From positions 32,242 to 96,241 of the forward strand of contig JBBIOV010000002.1 in NCBI GenBank assembly GCA_037443185.1: a stretch of 64,000 bases of DNA, in the 5' to 3' direction. Made by a program: the position numbers and the translations under genes. This DNA comes from a bacterium. GTDB taxonomy: Bacteria > Patescibacteriota > Minisyncoccia > 2-01-FULL-47-10 > JBBIMT01. The notes beneath the pieces are model-generated. The model had not been told where the DNA came from and ran no database searches. It saw only the letters and a list, made by a program, of their open reading frames with translations. This document shows, piece by piece, positions 58,853-64,000 of this stretch; position 1 is the stretch's first letter; every line of letters starts with the position of its first letter.

Positions 58853-59541
58853 ATAATTTTTTGGAGATTTTTATAGGCGTTGACAGGATCTTGCGACTTG
58901 TAAATTCCAGAGCCGATTCCAAAAATTTGAGCGCCGGCATTTTTAACTTTTAAAATAGTCTTTTCATTTATCCCTCCATCAATACTTATTTTAACATGAG
59001 GGAATTTATTTTTCAAATTGTGCACCTTATCTATAACTTCAGGGATAAAGTGATTACCTTGAAAACCAGGATGAACAGATAAAAAATGAACGCGAAAAAT
59101 ATTTTTCATTAAATACGGTTCAATTAAATTAATTTTTGTTTCTGGGTTTAAGGCAATCACCGGTTCTGCACCGGCTTTTTTTATTAAATTTGCAAGATTA
59201 TTTACTGCAAATTCACGCAATTTCCATTTAATATTTAAAAAGCTTTCAATATGAAAAATAATGACGGATGCTCCGCCATCAATCCATCTTTTATAATGAT
59301 TATGAGGACGAGATACCATTAAATGTGCCTCAAATGATATCTTAGGACTTACGAAGTCCCAAATTGGGACTTCGTAAGTCCCGAAAATTTCTTTCATCCT
59401 TTCTCCTTCTAAAAATGTTTCATTTGGAACAAAAATCCCGTCAGCGACATCAATATGAAAAAAATGCGTCTCCGTTGCAAGCAAAGCGATTTTTCTTTTT
59501 ATTTCCCCAAAATCTTTTTCCAATATTGCGGGGATAATCAT
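58843..59541 (-). CDS. rpe: Ribulose-phosphate 3-epimerase
   Basis: HIDVADGIFVPN, EAHLMV, FHIE, SVHPGFQG, IDGGIN, GSGI. Confidence 0.95.
   Translation of the reverse strand: MIIPAILEKDFGEIKRKIALLATETHFFHIDVADGIFVPNETFLEGERMKEIFGTYEVPIWDFVSPKISFEAHLMVSRPHNHYKRWIDGGASVIIFHIESFLNIKWKLREFAVNNLANLIKKAGAEPVIALNPETKINLIEPYLMKNIFRVHFLSVHPGFQGNHFIPEVIDKVHNLKNKFPHVKISIDGGINEKTILKVKNAGAQIFGIGSGIYKSQDPVNAYKNLQKIICP
59345..59381. repeat. 37-bp perfect palindrome inside rpe
   Basis: GGACTTACGAAGTCCCAA-A-TTGGGACTTCGTAAGTCC. Confidence 0.9.
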
Positions 59542-59551
59542 TTTTGTTTAC

Positions 59552-59585
59552 CAAGGCCCGACCTCCAAATGGAGATCGGGCCTTG
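59552..59585. repeat. Composite palindromic element between rpiB and rpe
   Basis: CAAGGCCCGACCTCCA-AA-TGGAGATCGGGCCTTG (16-bp arms, one mismatch). Confidence 0.82.
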
Positions 59586-59602
59586 TGGATAGGTCTAATA
59601 AA

Positions 59603-60046
59603 TCATAACTCCTCCAACTTTTCTCTTCTTCTTTTATATTTTTCATCTCGTAGAAGTTTTTTTGTATTTAACCATATTTTTACAATCTCTTCCGCTTCTT
59701 TTTCTGTTAAAAAATCAGAAGGTAAAGATAAAACATTTTCTCCGTAATATTTTCGATGATCGGCTAATTCTTTGCGCCATATTAAAGAAGATTTTACTCC
59801 TTTGATTTTGTTAGCAACAATATCAACGCCAATGCCCGAACCACAAATTAAAATGCCACGGTTTTCATTTGGTTTCTCCGCTACTTTTTTGGCAACTGCC
59901 AAAGCAAAATCATTATAATCATCTTCCGGATTAAAAGAAAAAGCACCACAATCTTCAAAATTAATCCCCCACTCTCTTAGACGCTCTTTTAAAAATTCCT
60001 TTAATTTAAATCCCCTATGATCAGCTCCTAGGTAAAGCATAATCAT
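59603..60046 (-). CDS. rpiB: Ribose-5-phosphate isomerase B
   Basis: LGADHRGFKLK, DDY, GILICGSGIG, ANKIKG. Confidence 0.95.
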   Translation of the reverse strand: MIMLYLGADHRGFKLKEFLKERLREWGINFEDCGAFSFNPEDDYNDFALAVAKKVAEKPNENRGILICGSGIGVDIVANKIKGVKSSLIWRKELADHRKYYGENVLSLPSDFLTEKEAEEIVKIWLNTKKLLRDEKYKRRREKLEEL

Positions 60047-60298
60047 TAAAAAATTGGCTCAGCCCCGATAGTTGTGTCCGGAGTCAAACCTCAATAATCA
60101 AAAAACACTCGAAAAACATAGGAAGCAATTGGATAGATTATTGAGCAGCCATAAATTTTTAAATTTTTCAAAAAATTTTTAAGTAAAAAATTGCCTGCAA
60201 TTTAGAATTATTTTTAAATATTTTTTCTTCTTTAAACTAACTTTCTTAATAAATAAAAATTGTCTTTAAATTATAAAATTTAAAAAAAATTTATCTAA

Positions 60299-61357
60299 CT
60301 ACACACTTCGCTCCAATTTACCCACTCTTATTGAATGCTCTACTAAACTTGTTGTATATCCCCATTCGTTGTCATACCAAGAAAAAACTTTTACCATATC
60401 ACCAGCCGTTACTTTAGTTAAAGTTAAATCAATAATAGCTGGATATGGCTCCCCAATAATATCTGAAGACACAAGAGGTTCTTCTGATACTTTTATAATA
60501 TTTTTCCATCTTTCGGATTGAGCAGCTTTTTTAAAGATTTCGTTTATCTCTTCTTTTGTTACATTTCTTTTAGCAATGAAGGTCAAATCAACTATTGAAC
60601 CGGTAATTACTGGAACGCGCATTGAAATTGCATCGAAAATACCAATAAACTCAGGCATTGATTTAAAAACCGCGTCAGCCGCGCCAGTATGGGAAGGAAC
60701 TATATTTTGAGCCGCTGCCCTCCCACGTAAAAAATCCCCTTTCTTTCCAGGTCCATCAACCAAAGATTGTGTTGTTGTATAACCATGCACAGTTGTCATC
60801 ATTGCTTTAATTACTCCTGGATTTTCAGTCATTATAGCCAATAGAGGCGTAACAGCGTTTGTTGTACAAGAAGCATCAGAAGTAATTTTGGAAAGATTTC
60901 GATTAAATTTATCGTCATTGGTTCCAATTAATAGATGTTCAACATCTCCTTTGGCCGGGGCTGAAATCACCACTCTTTTTGCACCTGCTTCAAGATGCAA
61001 TGATGCTCCTGGATAATCAGTGAAAAAACCTGTGCTTTCTATAACAACATCAATATCAAGTTCCTTCCAAGGCAAATTTCTTGGATCTTTTTCCTGAAAC
61101 ATTAAAATCCCTTTCCCTTCCACAATTAATTTCCCCTTGGCTTCAATTTTGTTAAAAGGAATATTTTCTAATCTATACTGAATATCCTTTTTATATCTTC
61201 CATAAACAGTATCGTACTTAAGCAAATAAGCCATATTCTCTAAATCTCCCAAATCATTAAAAGCCACAATCTCAATCTCTTCTCTTTCAAAAGCCTGTTT
61301 GAAATAATTTCGGCCTATACGGCCAAACCCATTTATTGCGACGCGAATTTTGTTCAT
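60299..61357 (-). CDS. gap: Glyceraldehyde-3-phosphate dehydrogenase type I
   Basis: AINGFGRIGR, ASCTTN, RVPV, WYDNEWGY. Confidence 0.98.
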   Translation of the reverse strand: MNKIRVAINGFGRIGRNYFKQAFEREEIEIVAFNDLGDLENMAYLLKYDTVYGRYKKDIQYRLENIPFNKIEAKGKLIVEGKGILMFQEKDPRNLPWKELDIDVVIESTGFFTDYPGASLHLEAGAKRVVISAPAKGDVEHLLIGTNDDKFNRNLSKITSDASCTTNAVTPLLAIMTENPGVIKAMMTTVHGYTTTQSLVDGPGKKGDFLRGRAAAQNIVPSHTGAADAVFKSMPEFIGIFDAISMRVPVITGSIVDLTFIAKRNVTKEEINEIFKKAAQSERWKNIIKVSEEPLVSSDIIGEPYPAIIDLTLTKVTAGDMVKVFSWYDNEWGYTTSLVEHSIRVGKLERSV

Positions 61358-61419
61358 AATAAAAATTATTAAATTATTATTTTACCTTTAAATTTATTTT
61401 CAAAATAAATTTTCTTATT

Positions 61420-63024
61420 TTATTTATTTATTTTACCATAATTCTCTAAATTTTTCCTCAAAAAAGCATTCCATCTTTCAAGAGAAACATTTATTTTTTT
61501 ATCTGGGTTAAAAACACTTTGCGCATCGAAAATCTCTTTAACTTTTCTAAATAACTTTAACATTTCTTCAGAATAGAAAATATCCAAAAACGGCGCACAT
61601 TGAATGCCATCACCATGCTCCCCAGAGGCTACACCTTTTAAAAAAGCTACTAAAGAATAAACGTCGTGCGAAAGTAAAGCAAGTTTTTTAAAATCGTCTT
61701 CGCTTTTAGTATTAATAATCGGACGAATATGAAGATTGCCGTCACCGGCATGCCCCCAAACAGAAAAAGTAAAATTATATTTTTCGAAGATTTCTTCAAG
61801 TTCTGTCAAATATCTAGGCAAAAATTCAGGTGCGACAGCCGCATCAAATTCTAAAGGCACAGCACGAATATCTCCTTCCATTTGATTTATAACATGCGCT
61901 GCCGATGTTCTTAATTTCCAAAGTTCATTCTCTTTTGGGGGTTCTAAAGCTTGATTGGTATCGTAAGCATAATTTTTCATTACATCATGGGCTTTTATTA
62001 AATAATCCAACACCTCATCTCGTGATTGTCCTTCAAATTCAGCGTATAAAATGATTTTAGGTAATTTTTCTGGTAAATCTTTTGTAAGTTCAGGATTAAT
62101 TTTTCTGATGATTTTTTCAATATGTTCATCCACCATTTCAAGAGCAGAAGGCTGGAGCTTCAAAAGCGCCAAAACCGCTTCGCTTGCTTTTTGCAAATCG
62201 TCAAAATACCCCAAAACAAGCCCTTCTTCAAATGGTTTTTGTCGAATTTCAAAAGTAATTTCAGTAATTAAACCTAATGTCCCTTGACTTGGCGAAAATA
62301 AAGGAATTAAAGAAAAATTATCTCCATCGAAGACATTCCATAAATCATATCCCGAAGAAATTTTTGTGGCATTTGGCTTATTTGAGTTTATAATCTCTCG
62401 ATTTTTTTCTATAAGTTCCTTTATCTGTTTATAGATACTGCCTTCTAAATCGTTTTGAGAAAATTTAGCCGCCAAATCGTTTTTATTTAATTTTTTAACT
62501 TCTATTTCTTTGCCATCTGCCAAAATAACTTTCAAAGCCCGAACCCATTTTTTAGTTGTCCCGTATTTGACCGCCTTGGTGCCACCGGCATTGTTGGCGA
62601 CTACACCCCCCACTGAAGCAAAATCAGCCGAGGCTGGATTTATTGGAATCCATTTACCTGTTTTTAATAATTCTTTTTGTAAAACACCTAAAATAATTCC
62701 AGGCTCTACCCTAACGAAATCATCACCGATTTCTAAAATTTTATCCAAATATCCAGAAAATCTAACTATGATTCCTTCGTTAATTGCCCCTCCTGTTAAA
62801 TCAGTACCTTTGCCGCGAGGAGTGATAGAAATTTTTTCACCTCTTTCTTTTTGTTTTTTTACCCAATTTATTGTCAAAAATAAATCTTCTTTATCTCTTG
62901 GCAACAAAATTGCTTGAGGTCTCATTTCAAAAATACTCGCATCATTTTTATAATGATTTAAACTTGCCTCATCCAACAAAATTTCACCTTTAATATTTCT
63001 TCTTAATTCGTCGAAATTCAACAT
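61420..63024 (-). CDS. FAD-linked oxidase (GlcD/D-lactate dehydrogenase-like)
   Basis: PRGKGTDLTGGA, GGVVANNAGG, SQGTLG, GHAGDGNLH, SGEHGDG, FNPDK. Confidence 0.92.
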   Translation of the reverse strand: MLNFDELRRNIKGEILLDEASLNHYKNDASIFEMRPQAILLPRDKEDLFLTINWVKKQKERGEKISITPRGKGTDLTGGAINEGIIVRFSGYLDKILEIGDDFVRVEPGIILGVLQKELLKTGKWIPINPASADFASVGGVVANNAGGTKAVKYGTTKKWVRALKVILADGKEIEVKKLNKNDLAAKFSQNDLEGSIYKQIKELIEKNREIINSNKPNATKISSGYDLWNVFDGDNFSLIPLFSPSQGTLGLITEITFEIRQKPFEEGLVLGYFDDLQKASEAVLALLKLQPSALEMVDEHIEKIIRKINPELTKDLPEKLPKIILYAEFEGQSRDEVLDYLIKAHDVMKNYAYDTNQALEPPKENELWKLRTSAAHVINQMEGDIRAVPLEFDAAVAPEFLPRYLTELEEIFEKYNFTFSVWGHAGDGNLHIRPIINTKSEDDFKKLALLSHDVYSLVAFLKGVASGEHGDGIQCAPFLDIFYSEEMLKLFRKVKEIFDAQSVFNPDKKINVSLERWNAFLRKNLENYGKINK

Positions 63025-63065
63025 AAAATTAAAAATTAATTTATGAAAAATTTATTTTTTTTCAG

Positions 63066-64000
63066 TTAAAGAAGTTTTTTTATAGCCAATATAAAAGCAG
63101 CTAATTTTAATGATACTTTATATTGTTTTTGAATTTCAACTAAATCATCAGCTGCTTTTTTCATCATTTCTCTAATTTCGCTAAGAACTCTCTTTTTATC
63201 CCAATGTTCATTTTTTAAATTTTGCTGCCATTCCAAATAACTACCTATTACCCCTCCTGAATTTACCAAAATATCAGGTATAACTAAAACTCTTTTCTTT
63301 GATAAGATTTGTTCGGCATTAAAAGTTACAGCGCCGTTTGCCATCTCCAACACAACTTTCGCTTTAATATCATCAACATTATTTTCGTTTATGACATTTT
63401 CTAAAGCCGCTGGAATTAAAATATCAACATTTAGTTTCAATAAATCATCGTTAGAAATTTGCCCATTGCCACTATAATCACAAACACTGCCTATACAATA
63501 ACAATGCGCAATCATTCCTTTTAATCTTCTACATTTTGAAACAAGCGGAATATTTAATCCCGCTTGCGCAAAAACTCCGCCTTTTGAATCAGAAACCGCC
63601 ACTATTTTATACCCCTTTTCAAACAAAAATTGCGCAATATGCTCACCCACATTTCCAAATCCCTGAATCGCTACAGTTAATATATCAGAATTCAAATTTT
63701 GAGAAAATCGTTCTAAAATTACACTACCGCCATAACCGGTCGCTTCATCTCTGCCTTCTGAACCTCCTTTTTCAATAGGTTTTCCTGTAAAAGCAGCTGG
63801 CATTGGCTGACCAGCTATGCGCGAATATTCATCTACCATCCAAGCCATAATTTGAGCATTTGTATTTACATCAGGAGCTGGTATATATTTATGAGGACCA
63901 ATAAAATCAAAAAACTCTCTAACATATTGGCAAGAAAGTTCTTCAAGCTCTTTTTCGCTTAGTTGTTTTGGATCAACCTTGACCCCCCCTTTTGCTCCTC
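63066..64000 (-). CDS. gdhA: Glu/Leu/Phe/Val dehydrogenase (glutamate dehydrogenase), N-terminus beyond window
   Basis: GAKGG and IPAPDVNT at the edge, TGKP..GGS.GR..ATG.G, QGFGNVG, EMANG, PDILVNSGGV. Confidence 0.92.
   Translation of the reverse strand, partial: GAKGGVKVDPKQLSEKELEELSCQYVREFFDFIGPHKYIPAPDVNTNAQIMAWMVDEYSRIAGQPMPAAFTGKPIEKGGSEGRDEATGYGGSVILERFSQNLNSDILTVAIQGFGNVGEHIAQFLFEKGYKIVAVSDSKGGVFAQAGLNIPLVSKCRRLKGMIAHCYCIGSVCDYSGNGQISNDDLLKLNVDILIPAALENVINENNVDDIKAKVVLEMANGAVTFNAEQILSKKRVLVIPDILVNSGGVIGSYLEWQQNLKNEHWDKKRVLSEIREMMKKAADDLVEIQKQYKVSLKLAAFILAIKKLL

Noticed and set aside
598-63778. Short plus-strand ORFs antisense to tuf, fusA, nrdJ, ftsZ, clp, rplJ, rpsB, tkt, the FAD oxidase and gdh
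   Set aside because: Shadow ORFs on the opposite strand of well-supported genes.
1-64000. CRISPR array, transposase, reverse transcriptase/DGR, rRNA
   Set aside because: No spaced direct-repeat array and no ORF or segment with the corresponding motifs was seen.
1-64000. Alternative genetic code (UGA=Gly, code 25)
   Set aside because: Conserved genes are full length in code 11 and several (rpsG, ftsZ, hisS, rpmE) end properly at TGA.

Overview
AT-rich (~30% GC) bacterial chromosome segment in the standard genetic code, with almost all genes on the minus strand. Gene content and divergence suggest a reduced-genome Patescibacteria/CPR (Parcubacteria-like) organism; this is an inference. It carries the str operon (split by a cupin-type PGI) and the start of the S10 operon, ndk, split comEC, class II RNR nrdJ, ftsA/ftsZ, hisS, lepB, mraZ-rsmH-ftsL-PBP, surface proteins, a membrane-anchored Clp ATPase, PMM/PGM, rplJL with an L10 leader, five tRNAs, tsf/rpsB/prfA/rpmE/rplY, and a gap/pentose-phosphate cluster. 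No CRISPR array, integrase or transposase was seen. Signals beyond the ORF track: (1) a compact 6S RNA candidate; (2) small accessory transcription units with strong Shine-Dalgarno sites and structured, uORF-containing leaders, two of which share an SD fused to a boxA-like motif and one of which encodes a GreA homologue lacking its catalytic acidic residues, while several core genes look nearly leaderless; (3) miniature palindromic elements, two of them inside protein-coding genes; (4) DnaA boxes interleaved with five 10-bp-phased MraZ boxes; (5) several degenerate or minimal proteins (RF1 without domain 1, an aldolase without its Schiff-base Lys, a Clp ATPase with a dead first ring, a CarS-like paralogue). 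All family calls are from motif recognition by eye; no database searches were run.
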